NCBI GenBank assembly: GCA_963664295.1
Contig: OY760935.1
Span: 352,001-416,000 of the forward strand
Source of the DNA: Candidatus Altimarinota bacterium
Lineage (GTDB): Bacteria; Patescibacteriota; Gracilibacteria; CAIRYL01; GCA-016699755
DNA: 64,000 bases
Direction: 5' to 3'
The notes under the pieces are model-generated. The model made no database searches and was not told the origin of the DNA. It was given only the letters and a program-made list of their open reading frames with translations. Position 1 is the stretch's first letter. Every line of letters starts with the position of its first letter. This document shows, one piece after another, positions 9,836 through 18,714 of the stretch. The position numbers were made by a program, and so were the translations under genes.

Positions 9836-9906
9836 ATCTATTTTTTAATTAAATAATCTACAAAGCCTTGTCAAGGTTTGTATTTTAGTGTAAAAATATC
9901 AAGCTT

Positions 9907-11652
9907 ATGAAAACATTTTTACGCACAATCGGCTATTTTAAAAACCATAAACTATGGGTGGCAGGACTTATTGTACTCGCTTTTTTTCAGTCCGTAGGTT
10001 CAATTATAGAGCCAATATTTTTTCGCGAAATCATTGATGCCTTTGTAAATCTTGGCGCAAGCCAAGAAACAGCGGAAGTTGTTTATAAAATCCTAAGTCT
10101 TTGGATTGGTGTCACAATAGTAGTTATTATAATAAACATTACTTTAACTTATTATGCTGACTTATTAGCACACAGATTATTTGTTTATGTTTGGGATAAT
10201 GCTATTAAAAGAGCACTTTCTTTGTCATTAAGCTTTCATGCCTCCAAAAAAGCAGGAAGCACAATGAAAAGAATAGAAAGAGGAGCAGATAATATTTTTA
10301 ATACCCAATTGGATTTTTTGCGCAATGATTTGCCAAAAATGTTTGCTTTTTTTGTTTTTATTCCTTTGTTGTTTTATCTTCATTGGAAAATGGCACTAAT
10401 TATTGTTGGTTTTTTACCAGTTCTTGCAGGAGTTGCCTTTTGGGGAAACAAACAAACAAGAGAAAAGCAAGACGCAGTTGAGGAAAAATGGACTCGTGCT
10501 TCTGGTTTTGCTTTTGATGCTGTAGCAAATATCTCAATAATCAAAAGTTTCACAGCATTCAAACACAAAACCAAAGAAATAAATGAACTAATCATGAAAG
10601 CACATGCTGAGCAAGTTTTAGTGCTTAAATGGTGGGCATTTTTAATAGTATTATCGAAAGGAGTAGGTATGATAGCTAATCTTTTGGTTTTTGTTGCTGG
10701 TACATATTTTTATCTTCATAATGAAATTACAGTTGGTGAAATTGTAATGTTTTTGGGCTTTGGCATGATTATTTTGTCCAATATTGAAGGACTTTTTTGG
10801 AGTTTTAATCAATTTCTTTGGAAAAGAGGTAAATTAAAACAATTTTTTGAAATTTGGGATGAAATTCCAGAAGTGCAAGATAAAAAAAATGCCAAAAAAA
10901 TGTCAAAAATAAAAGGTAATGTAGAATTTAAAAATGTCAGCTTTGCTCATGACAAAGGCAAAATATACGCACTCAAAAATGTTTCTTTTAAGGTGAAAAA
11001 AGGAGAAACAATCGCATTAGTAGGGCACACAGGAAGCGGAAAAACAACAACAGTAAACTTGCTCTCGCGTTTTTTTGATATTCAACATGGAGAAATACTT
11101 ATAGACAACATAAATGTTGCTGATGTCACGCAAAATTCACTAAGAAAAAATATAGGCATGGTTTTTCAAGAAAATTTTCTTTTTCATACATCAATCAGAG
11201 ACAACCTAATAATAGGCAATACAAAAGCCAGCCAAAAAGAGCTTGAAAAAGCTTGCAAAACAGCAGAAGCGCTAGGTTTTATTCAAAAATTACCTAAAAA
11301 ATTCGAAACAATAGTGGGAGAAAGGGGAGTAAAGCTTTCCGGCGGAGAAAAACAAAGAGTGGCAATAGCTCGCGCGCTTCTAAAAAATCCACCAATTTTG
11401 GTTTTGGACGAGGCAACTAGTGCTCTTGATGCAGAAACAGAACAAAAAATCCAAAAAGCTCTAGAAAAATTAATCAAAGGCAGAACAACTTTCATAGTTG
11501 CCCACAGGTTATCTACTATCAAAAAAGCTGATAAAATCATTGTTTTTGACAAAGGCAAAATTAAAGAAGTTGGAAATTATAAAGAGCTAATGACACAAAA
11601 AGGCGCTTTTGCAAAATTAGTAGAAGCACAAGTAGCTGGCTTTGTGGAATAA
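9907..11652 (+). CDS. ABC exporter, fused permease/ATPase (MsbA-type; NdvA/ChvA-like TMD motifs)
   Basis: Six TM segments, GHTGSGKTT, LSGGEKQR, LDEATSALD, AHRLST; YADLLAHR and VLKWWA resemble NdvA. Confidence 0.9.
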   Translation: MKTFLRTIGYFKNHKLWVAGLIVLAFFQSVGSIIEPIFFREIIDAFVNLGASQETAEVVYKILSLWIGVTIVVIIINITLTYYADLLAHRLFVYVWDNAIKRALSLSLSFHASKKAGSTMKRIERGADNIFNTQLDFLRNDLPKMFAFFVFIPLLFYLHWKMALIIVGFLPVLAGVAFWGNKQTREKQDAVEEKWTRASGFAFDAVANISIIKSFTAFKHKTKEINELIMKAHAEQVLVLKWWAFLIVLSKGVGMIANLLVFVAGTYFYLHNEITVGEIVMFLGFGMIILSNIEGLFWSFNQFLWKRGKLKQFFEIWDEIPEVQDKKNAKKMSKIKGNVEFKNVSFAHDKGKIYALKNVSFKVKKGETIALVGHTGSGKTTTVNLLSRFFDIQHGEILIDNINVADVTQNSLRKNIGMVFQENFLFHTSIRDNLIIGNTKASQKELEKACKTAEALGFIQKLPKKFETIVGERGVKLSGGEKQRVAIARALLKNPPILVLDEATSALDAETEQKIQKALEKLIKGRTTFIVAHRLSTIKKADKIIVFDKGKIKEVGNYKELMTQKGAFAKLVEAQVAGFVE

Positions 11653-11660
11653 ATATATAC

Positions 11661-11700
11661 AAAAAAAAGACCCGAACTCACAATGTTGCGATTCCGGGTC
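11661..11700 (-). terminator. Intrinsic terminator (GACCCGGAA…TTCGGGTC + U8)
   Basis: GC-rich hairpin at 11669-11700 followed by T8 on the minus strand. Confidence 0.75.
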
Positions 11701-11843
11701 AATTGTAGGCTCATTTGATGCACTAGCTTACTGTACCTACAATATCTTCACACTCATTCAGGAGTTTGAAGATCTGCAAGTTAGAAAACCAAATGCAACC
11801 TACAATTGACCCGAACAGCGTGGTGGTGTTTTCAAAGGAAAAA
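11661..11843 (-). ncRNA. Candidate structured RNA (long rod hairpin with alternative pairings) in the 3' region of the 126-aa membrane gene
   Basis: 15-bp perfect inverted repeat 11695-11709 / 11799-11813 enclosing further stems (catttg/caaatg, atcttca/tgaagat). Confidence 0.5.
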
Positions 11844-11852
11844 TTTTACGTT

Positions 11853-12233
11853 TTACTCTTTTGATAAATCAAAAACAGCATATTCTGCCACAGCAGCAAT
11901 AATCAAGACTAATATAGTAACAAAACAGGTGGGCCATCCTAGTAGATAATTAATTACCACTAGGATTAAAGATATGAGCACAACAAGTCTAATTTTGCCC
12001 ATGTCTTTATTGTGCATTGATATGAAAATAATTGCTGCAACTAAGGCTGGTAAGAAAATTAGCTGCGAAAAAACCCTTAAAATAAGCCCTGTCATTTTAT
12101 CTTCATCAGAAAAAATGCCAAAGATACTAAAGATCGGATAGTGATTATCCCAAAGGCAAACTACAATCACAGCAATCATATAAACCATCAGCCTAATAAC
12201 TTGCTTTTCTTTGGGGCCTGGTAGTTTTGTCAT
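11853..12233 (-). CDS. Small 4-TM membrane protein (orphan)
   Basis: Four hydrophobic stretches; AAGGAG SD 9 nt upstream; own promoter. Confidence 0.75.
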   Translation of the reverse strand: MTKLPGPKEKQVIRLMVYMIAVIVVCLWDNHYPIFSIFGIFSDEDKMTGLILRVFSQLIFLPALVAAIIFISMHNKDMGKIRLVVLISLILVVINYLLGWPTCFVTILVLIIAAVAEYAVFDLSKE

Positions 12234-12342
12234 AAAAAATATCTCCTTTCTTTTTCCTTTGATTGATCACCAAGCGAGCTTCTATAAAACAAAAACCCAG
12301 TTGGTGACCAAAAATCGATAATATCAAAGATCAGAGTTGCTT

Positions 12343-12370
12343 ATTATAAATATAATTATATTTTTGTCAA
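12343..12370 (-). promoter_or_regulatory. Consensus sigma70 promoter TTGACA-16-TATAAT
   Basis: tgtcaa at 12365-12370 and attata at 12343-12348 on the plus strand. Confidence 0.7.
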
Positions 12371-12387
12371 GATATATAAAGCTAAAC

Positions 12388-12418
12388 AAAAAACCCGCCT
12401 CTATTTCAAGGCGGGCTT
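12388..12418 (-). terminator. Intrinsic terminator of the SLH/beta-propeller gene
   Basis: cccgcct…aggcggg hairpin with a T-tract on the minus strand. Confidence 0.75.
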
Positions 12419-12442
12419 AAATAATTCAATAATTACAGATTA

Positions 12443-14992
12443 TTAAAAAAACCAATAAGGATCTCTTGAAGGACTATCCTGCACTTCACTGCCTTCAAGT
12501 TCAACAGTATTTGCCACAGAAATATCATCCCAATTAAGAGCTTTTACAAAACCAGGAGCAACAGAGTAAAAATAATCACCAATATAAATCATTCTTTGAA
12601 TATTTTTATTATAATCACCATAAAAATACTCACCTGATTTTAAATAAACATCATCATCGTCATCATAATTGCTCACTTTTCCTTTTAAAGAAAACCCATT
12701 TTCAAGATCAATGTCATAAACATAAGCGCCAGCAAACACAGTCTGAATATCAGCATCATAGCCATGTTCATCACTTTTATTCTCTGTCACTGTAATTGGA
12801 AAAGCTAAAATACCCTTATTTTTGTCAAAAAGAAGTGCTTTGTGATTATTCAAAACCTCGCTTGTTGTACCGCGATAGCCAATTACTTCTTTGTGAATTT
12901 CTTTTGGATTTTCCACATCAGAAACATCAAAAATAGCAAGTTTCATGCCAAGCACAGCGGTATAATAGATTGCATGATCTGAATGAATTTTGTCTGCGTC
13001 TATGCTTTCATCAACCTCTTTACCAAAGCCGATTAAATGGTTTTCATCATAAGGATGAAGATAATCAGACCAGCCAGGTATTTTTAATTTACCAAGCACT
13101 CTAGGGTTTTCCGGATCAAGATCAACAACAAAAAGGGGATCAACTGTTTTAAATGTCACTAAATAAGCTCTATTGCCCATAAAACGAGCTGATTTCATAT
13201 TTTCTCCTGGAGCTATTTCATCAACTTTACCAGTTTCTTCAAGATCTTTATCTAAAATTGTCACCATTGTTTCAGAAAGGCTATTACCCCAAGCTTGACC
13301 TTTTTGTGTGGCAATGCGGAAATAGTCTCCACTTTCACTCATAGAAAATTGATTTAATATTCTTCCTTCTGCTTTTCCTTTGGCCTTATATTTTATATTT
13401 GTGCCATCAAGATTGAATTTAAAAATTTGTGTAAATTCTCCGTTTGTCCAGCCTTCATCTGTGCCATCTTTGTAGTAAACTTCTTCCCAAACAGGACGAG
13501 TGACATAAAGATTATCAGTAGAAGCATATATTTCGCTTCCAGAGCCTAAAAACATCTCTCTTTCTACTTTTTTACTAGTATCATTAATATCTATTGCTGA
13601 GATTATTAAGTAATTTGGATCAGAGAAATTTGGAAAATAATGAACACCACCACAAGCACTAACTATTTCTTCATCTTCAAAAGCAGAGTCATCAAATTTT
13701 GGCAAATCATCTTCAAGAATAGGTTCACCTCTATAATAATTTGCTTTATTAGCAACTACATAAACCACATCTTCAATTTTGCGTGAACTTACATAATTAG
13801 CATCAAAAGTGACACTACGAACCTTTGATGGACTTGTGCGATCAGAAACATCATAAACAAATACTTTTAAAGTATTATAGTCATAATAAGGATAATATTC
13901 TTTGCTTGCTAATCTCGCACTACCTTGAGAAACCCAAGGGGAATAGCCACCATTACCAATAATGACTAATTTGTCCTCATCTAAATACATTTCACGAGGA
14001 TAAAAACTGTCACCATCAACCTCCAAAATAGCACTTTCCATCATATTTTCCGGTGGATATGCTTTTACAATTCTCACAGTATTTCCTTTTATTAAGAAAA
14101 TATGAGAACCATCATTTTTAACTATATCTGCCTCGTCAACACCAAATTCTTGTACATTTGTTGTGGAATACTCAGCAGAGGCACCTGTATCCGTTTCTTG
14201 TGATTTCGCCATTGATTGTTCTGCTGTAGGAGTAGGAGCAGCAGCGCCAACGGCATCATCTGCTTCTTCTGCAAAAACCATATCTACATCATCTTCTAAG
14301 AAACCACCATCTCTATATCCATTATAATAAGAAACACTATTTCTTTTTTGATATTTTGCCATTTGTGTAGAAAGCTCAGCACAAGAATTGACCTGCGGTA
14401 AATCGCCTAATTGTTCATTTTCAACCTCATTTCCTGTTTGAATACCCCAGATAATTTCAGACATCTCACCACGAGATATATCTTTATTCATTTTGGCTAT
14501 TGTGCCAGGAATAACCCTTTCTTGACCAAGAGCATCAACAAAAGCTTGATACCATTCACCATTTTCATCTTCAGTAATTTCTAAATCATACAAATTAGCT
14601 ACTATTTTTGCGGCTTCAACAAAATTAATTTTATTATCTGGCTTAAATGTTCCATCAGGATAACCAGCCACTATATCATTATTAGTTGCATAACAAACAT
14701 AAGAATAGAACCAATCGTCCTCGGAAACATCAGGATAAGCTATTTTTGGGTCAGTGCAAGCATCTTCATAATCTTCACTAGCCTCAAGGACAATTTTAAG
14801 AAATTCTGCCCTGCTAATATCCTGATCAGGGCGAAAAGTGCCGTCTTGATAACCTTCAATAACACCTTTTTCTTCAAGGTATTGAACAGCACGACTGGAT
14901 CTTGTGCCATGGGCATCATCAAAATCCATTTTTGCAGCCATTGGTAAAAGCAAAATAGCTACCAAAAAGCTTAAAGAAATGATTTTTTTCAT
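12443..14992 (-). CDS. Secreted protein with N-terminal SLH domains and C-terminal beta-propeller domain
   Basis: Signal peptide MKKIISLSFLVAILLLP; GY.DGTFRPD..ISRAEF SLH repeats; YSTTNVQ..GVDEADIVK, FRIAT, ARFMG.RAYLVTF..VDPLFV, GKLKIPG.SDYLHP. Confidence 0.88.
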   Translation of the reverse strand: MKKIISLSFLVAILLLPMAAKMDFDDAHGTRSSRAVQYLEEKGVIEGYQDGTFRPDQDISRAEFLKIVLEASEDYEDACTDPKIAYPDVSEDDWFYSYVCYATNNDIVAGYPDGTFKPDNKINFVEAAKIVANLYDLEITEDENGEWYQAFVDALGQERVIPGTIAKMNKDISRGEMSEIIWGIQTGNEVENEQLGDLPQVNSCAELSTQMAKYQKRNSVSYYNGYRDGGFLEDDVDMVFAEEADDAVGAAAPTPTAEQSMAKSQETDTGASAEYSTTNVQEFGVDEADIVKNDGSHIFLIKGNTVRIVKAYPPENMMESAILEVDGDSFYPREMYLDEDKLVIIGNGGYSPWVSQGSARLASKEYYPYYDYNTLKVFVYDVSDRTSPSKVRSVTFDANYVSSRKIEDVVYVVANKANYYRGEPILEDDLPKFDDSAFEDEEIVSACGGVHYFPNFSDPNYLIISAIDINDTSKKVEREMFLGSGSEIYASTDNLYVTRPVWEEVYYKDGTDEGWTNGEFTQIFKFNLDGTNIKYKAKGKAEGRILNQFSMSESGDYFRIATQKGQAWGNSLSETMVTILDKDLEETGKVDEIAPGENMKSARFMGNRAYLVTFKTVDPLFVVDLDPENPRVLGKLKIPGWSDYLHPYDENHLIGFGKEVDESIDADKIHSDHAIYYTAVLGMKLAIFDVSDVENPKEIHKEVIGYRGTTSEVLNNHKALLFDKNKGILAFPITVTENKSDEHGYDADIQTVFAGAYVYDIDLENGFSLKGKVSNYDDDDDVYLKSGEYFYGDYNKNIQRMIYIGDYFYSVAPGFVKALNWDDISVANTVELEGSEVQDSPSRDPYWFF

Positions 14993-15027
14993 GTTTTCTA
15001 GAAAAATTTTAAATATCCACACTTGGA

Positions 15028-15054
15028 TACGATATAGATTATAGAAAGGTTACA
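15028..15054 (-). promoter_or_regulatory. Putative ECF sigma promoter TGTAAC-N17-CGTA
   Basis: gttaca at 15049-15054 and tacg at 15028-15031 on the plus strand, 36 nt upstream of ATG 14992. Confidence 0.5.
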
Positions 15055-15111
15055 AAATAAATACAATTTTTCTTTTCAAAGAAGCTTTTTTATGAAAAAA
15101 TATCCTTACTC

Positions 15112-16665
15112 ATGAATTTAGCAAGAAAGTACAGACCAAGGCATTTTAATGAGATTGTTGGACAAGAACATGTCACAAAAACAATTTTAAATTCATTAAA
15201 AAAAGATTTTGTTTCCCATGCTTTTCTTTTTTGTGGCGTCAGAGGAACAGGTAAAACATCAATTGCTCGTTTATTGGCAAAATCATTAAATTGCTTAAAT
15301 CCTCAAGATGGCGAACTTTGCAATGAGTGTGAAATGTGTTTATCTGCCAATCAAGGAAGATTGGTTGATTTAATTGAAATCGACGCCGCTTCTCATACTG
15401 GAGTAGATAATGTGCGTGAACTAATAGACAAAATGCAATTTCAGCCAACAATGGCAAAAAGAAAAATCCATATTATAGATGAGGTTCATATGCTCTCCAG
15501 AGGTGCTTTTAATGCACTTTTAAAAACTTTAGAAGAGCCACCAGAGCATGTTTATTTTATTTTAGCCACTACAGAAAGACACAAAATTCCCGATACTATT
15601 CAGTCCCGTTGTCAGATTTTTAATTTCAAACACCTTTCAAAAAATGAAATCGCAGGCAGATTGCAAGAATTATGCGACAAAGAACAAGTTGAAACAGACA
15701 GAGATGCATTACTTATGATTGCCAATGAAGCAGGAGGAAGCATGCGAGATGCCATTTTTCTTTTAGAACAATATTCCGGAGAAGGTAAATTAGATGCAAA
15801 AATTCTTGCTAAAGAGCTTGGACTAGCTCCACAAACCTCATTGGAAAATCTTTATCAACTTTTAATTGAAAAAAACACCAAAGAAGCAATTGAGTTAGTG
15901 ACAGGAATAGCCAATGAAGGCTTTTCTCTAAGTAATTTTTCAAAAAGTTTTTTGAGTTTTCTTAGGGATCAAATGTTGGAAATGGTAGAAGCGGACAAAA
16001 AAGAAGAATTGCCTGATATTTTAGAAAAAATTAGAATTTTTTCCCGTGCTCATGTGGACTTAAAAAGTTCAGTCATACCAACTTTACCCTTGGAAGTAGC
16101 TATAGTTTCTGTTATTGAAGAAAGTGAGCAAGACAAAAAAGAAGAAAAATCAGGTGGTTGGTTTTCATTTGGCGCAAAAAAACAAGAAACAACAAAGAAA
16201 AAGGAAGCAAAGCAAGAAGTAAAAGAAAAAAATGAAGAGCAAGTAAAAACAGCAGAAAACACAGAAGAAAAAGAAAAAACCGAAGAAAAAAGTGCTGTCT
16301 TCGAAGCACCAGAAATTAATTTTGAAAGTGTGCAAAAGCTTTGGCCAAATATAATAGACAAAATTCCTTCCCCAGGAGTAAAAATGGCATTAAAACAAGC
16401 TAAAATAATATCTGCAGATCACGAAAAACTCATACTTGGTTTTTCTGCTAATTTATTTAAAGAAAGACTAGACACACCATTAGGAAATAAAGAATTCATC
16501 ACAGTTTTTGAAGAATTTTTTAAAACTCCAATTAAACTAGAAACTAAAATTGAGAGAATAAGCTTGGAGCCAACAGAAAACACAGAAGAAAAAGATGACG
16601 AAAAATTAACAGGTAAAGACCTAGGCGATGCAGTTGAAGAAATATTTAGCAATCCTGGTGCATAA
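15112..16665 (+). CDS. dnaX: DNA polymerase III subunit gamma/tau
   Basis: LARKYRP..F..IVGQ, GVRGTGKT, EIDAAS..GVD, IIDEVHMLS..AFNALLKTLEEPP, SRCQ. Confidence 0.96.
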   Translation: MNLARKYRPRHFNEIVGQEHVTKTILNSLKKDFVSHAFLFCGVRGTGKTSIARLLAKSLNCLNPQDGELCNECEMCLSANQGRLVDLIEIDAASHTGVDNVRELIDKMQFQPTMAKRKIHIIDEVHMLSRGAFNALLKTLEEPPEHVYFILATTERHKIPDTIQSRCQIFNFKHLSKNEIAGRLQELCDKEQVETDRDALLMIANEAGGSMRDAIFLLEQYSGEGKLDAKILAKELGLAPQTSLENLYQLLIEKNTKEAIELVTGIANEGFSLSNFSKSFLSFLRDQMLEMVEADKKEELPDILEKIRIFSRAHVDLKSSVIPTLPLEVAIVSVIEESEQDKKEEKSGGWFSFGAKKQETTKKKEAKQEVKEKNEEQVKTAENTEEKEKTEEKSAVFEAPEINFESVQKLWPNIIDKIPSPGVKMALKQAKIISADHEKLILGFSANLFKERLDTPLGNKEFITVFEEFFKTPIKLETKIERISLEPTENTEEKDDEKLTGKDLGDAVEEIFSNPGA

Positions 16666-17242
16666 AAATTCCTCCAAGATAAGGCAGGAAAAACAATCAA
16701 TAAGAACTAAGCTTCTCAAAAAAAGAGAGAGTATTTCAAAAAAAGAACAAAAAGAAAAATCTCAAAAAATTTGTGAATTATTAAAAAATTCATCTATTTT
16801 TCAAAAAGCAAAAAAAATAATGTTTTTTGTTCCTACAAAAAATGAGGTAGATATTTTTCCTGTTATTAAAGAAAGCTTGGAAGGAAAAGAGGTTTTTTTG
16901 CCTTGTTTAACAGCAAAAGAGGGGATTATGACTGTTCGTAAAATTACTAAAATAAATCAACTTAAAAAAAATACTTTTAATATTTATGAACCTTGCAATC
17001 AGCAATGTGAACTTGCTGACCCAAAAAATTTTGATCTTATTATAGTGCCTGCTGTTGGTATGGATAAAAAAGGTAATAGAATTGGGTTTGGCAAAGGATA
17101 TTACGACCAATTTTTACCTAAAACAACTGCAAAAACAATTGCTGTAATTTTTTCCTATCAATTGATTGACAAAATTCCAACAGAAAAGCATGATATAGCT
17201 ATAAAAACTGTCTTAACCGAAGACAGATTACATCATTTTTAA
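16658..17242 (+). CDS. 5-formyltetrahydrofolate cyclo-ligase (YgfA/Fau)
   Basis: EK..IR, NEVD, DLIIVP.VG.D..G.RIGFGKGYYD, E.HD; start uncertain (GTG 16658 or ATG 16628). Confidence 0.9.
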   Translation: MHKNSSKIRQEKQSIRTKLLKKRESISKKEQKEKSQKICELLKNSSIFQKAKKIMFFVPTKNEVDIFPVIKESLEGKEVFLPCLTAKEGIMTVRKITKINQLKKNTFNIYEPCNQQCELADPKNFDLIIVPAVGMDKKGNRIGFGKGYYDQFLPKTTAKTIAVIFSYQLIDKIPTEKHDIAIKTVLTEDRLHHF

Positions 17243-17260
17243 ATCTTTTTCCCAAAAACA

Positions 17261-18526
17261 ATGGATTTTACAAAAAATGTTCAACTCTTAAAAGAAAACG
17301 ATCCTGATATTTACAATGCCTTAGTTGGCGAAGAGGAGCGTGAAAAAAAAGGAATTGAGCTAATTCCTTCTGAAAACTACACTTATCCTGAGGTTTTTGT
17401 TGCCAATGGATCGATTTTAACAAATAAATACGCAGAAGGTTATCCAGGGAAAAGATATTATGGCGGTCAAGAGTTTACAGATATCGTTGAAAGTTTAGCT
17501 CGCGAAAGAGCTTGCCAAGCTTTTAAGTGCGATCATGCCAATGTTCAACCATTGTCTGGTTCTCCTATGAATCAAGCAGTTTATCTTGCCTTTTTGAAAC
17601 CAGGAGACACTGTTCTTGGTATGGACTTATCCCATGGTGGTCATTTAACTCATGGTCATCCAGTTTCTCATATGGGTAAAATTTTTAATTTTGTTCGTTA
17701 TAAAACTCATCCAGAAAATGAAGGAAAAATTGATTTTGATGAATTAATGAAAGTTGCCAAAGAAACAAAGCCAAAAATTGTTCTTTGTGGTTATACTTCG
17801 TATCCTCGTGATTATGATTATGCTGATTTTAAAAAAGTAGCTGATGAAGTTGGAGCAATTACAATGGCAGATGTGGCTCATATTGGTGGTCTTATAGCTG
17901 GTGGCGCAATGCGCAATCCTTTTGATTATGGTTTTGATATAGTCACAACCACAACCCACAAAAGTTTGCGTGGACCAAGAGGGGGAATGATTTTATGTAA
18001 AAAAGAATTCGCACAAGCAATTGATAAATCAGTATTCCCAGGATTGCAAGGAGGTCCTCACATGAATACAATTTCTGCCATTGCTGTCACTCTTGGCAAA
18101 GCATTAAAGCCAGAGTTCAAAGAATACGCCCAACAAATACTTAAAAACGCAAAAACATTAGCACAAACCTTGATGGACGGTGGTGCAAAATTAATCACAG
18201 ATGGCACAGATAATCACATGATGGTTGTAAATACTGTAGAAAGTTTTGGCTTAGGTGGTACAGAAGCAGAAAAAATCCTCGATGAAGTCTCAATCACTTG
18301 CAATAAACAAGTAATTCCTGATGATCCAAATCCACCTTTAAAACCTTCTGGAATTCGTTTAGGTACTCCTGCGGCTACAACCAGAGGCATGAAAGAAGAA
18401 GACATGAAAAAGATTGGTAATTGGATGCTTGAGGCATTAAAAAATCACCAAGATGAAGCAAAAATGGCTAGTATTAAGCAAGAAGTAGAAGCATATTGCT
18501 CACAGTTCCCAGTTCCAGGTATTTAA
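17261..18526 (+). CDS. glyA: Serine hydroxymethyltransferase
   Basis: LIPSENY, NKYAEGYPGKRYYGG, GGHLTHG, TTTTHKSLRGPRGG, FPGLQGGP. Confidence 0.97.
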   Translation: MDFTKNVQLLKENDPDIYNALVGEEEREKKGIELIPSENYTYPEVFVANGSILTNKYAEGYPGKRYYGGQEFTDIVESLARERACQAFKCDHANVQPLSGSPMNQAVYLAFLKPGDTVLGMDLSHGGHLTHGHPVSHMGKIFNFVRYKTHPENEGKIDFDELMKVAKETKPKIVLCGYTSYPRDYDYADFKKVADEVGAITMADVAHIGGLIAGGAMRNPFDYGFDIVTTTTHKSLRGPRGGMILCKKEFAQAIDKSVFPGLQGGPHMNTISAIAVTLGKALKPEFKEYAQQILKNAKTLAQTLMDGGAKLITDGTDNHMMVVNTVESFGLGGTEAEKILDEVSITCNKQVIPDDPNPPLKPSGIRLGTPAATTRGMKEEDMKKIGNWMLEALKNHQDEAKMASIKQEVEAYCSQFPVPGI

Positions 18527-18548
18527 TTTCATTTATTTTTGTTATTTA

Positions 18549-18575
18549 AAAACCGCTTACATAAGCGGTTTTTTT
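18549..18575 (+). terminator. glyA terminator
   Basis: aaaaccgctta-ca-taagcggtttttt hairpin with T-tract. Confidence 0.8.
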
Positions 18576-18595
18576 ATTTTTAAATAATTATTTTT

Positions 18596-18635
18596 TATTA
18601 CTGTATTACTGTACTGGTACACTAATACAGTAATA
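18596..18635. repeat. 40-bp near-perfect palindrome
   Basis: tattactgtatta / taatacagtaata arms around c-tgtac-tg-gtaca-c. Confidence 0.8.
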
Positions 18636-18714
18636 CATTTTTAATGTTGAGTATTTGGCTTTGTCTAGGGCAATGAATTTTTTTTAATTGTTTTTATTTT
18701 TTGTGTTTTTTTCT

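Noticed and set aside
11661-11816. 6S RNA, SRP RNA, RNase P RNA or tmRNA
   Set aside because: No SRP GGAA-loop/CAGG motif, RNase P signature or tRNA-like ends; the rod is short with a one-sided bulge and is not next to ygfA; only an Rfam search can fully exclude 6S
15990-16210. dnaX -1 frameshift signal
   Set aside because: The AAAAAAG runs are in the AAA-AAA-G phase rather than A-AAA-AAG, and there is no clear downstream hairpin
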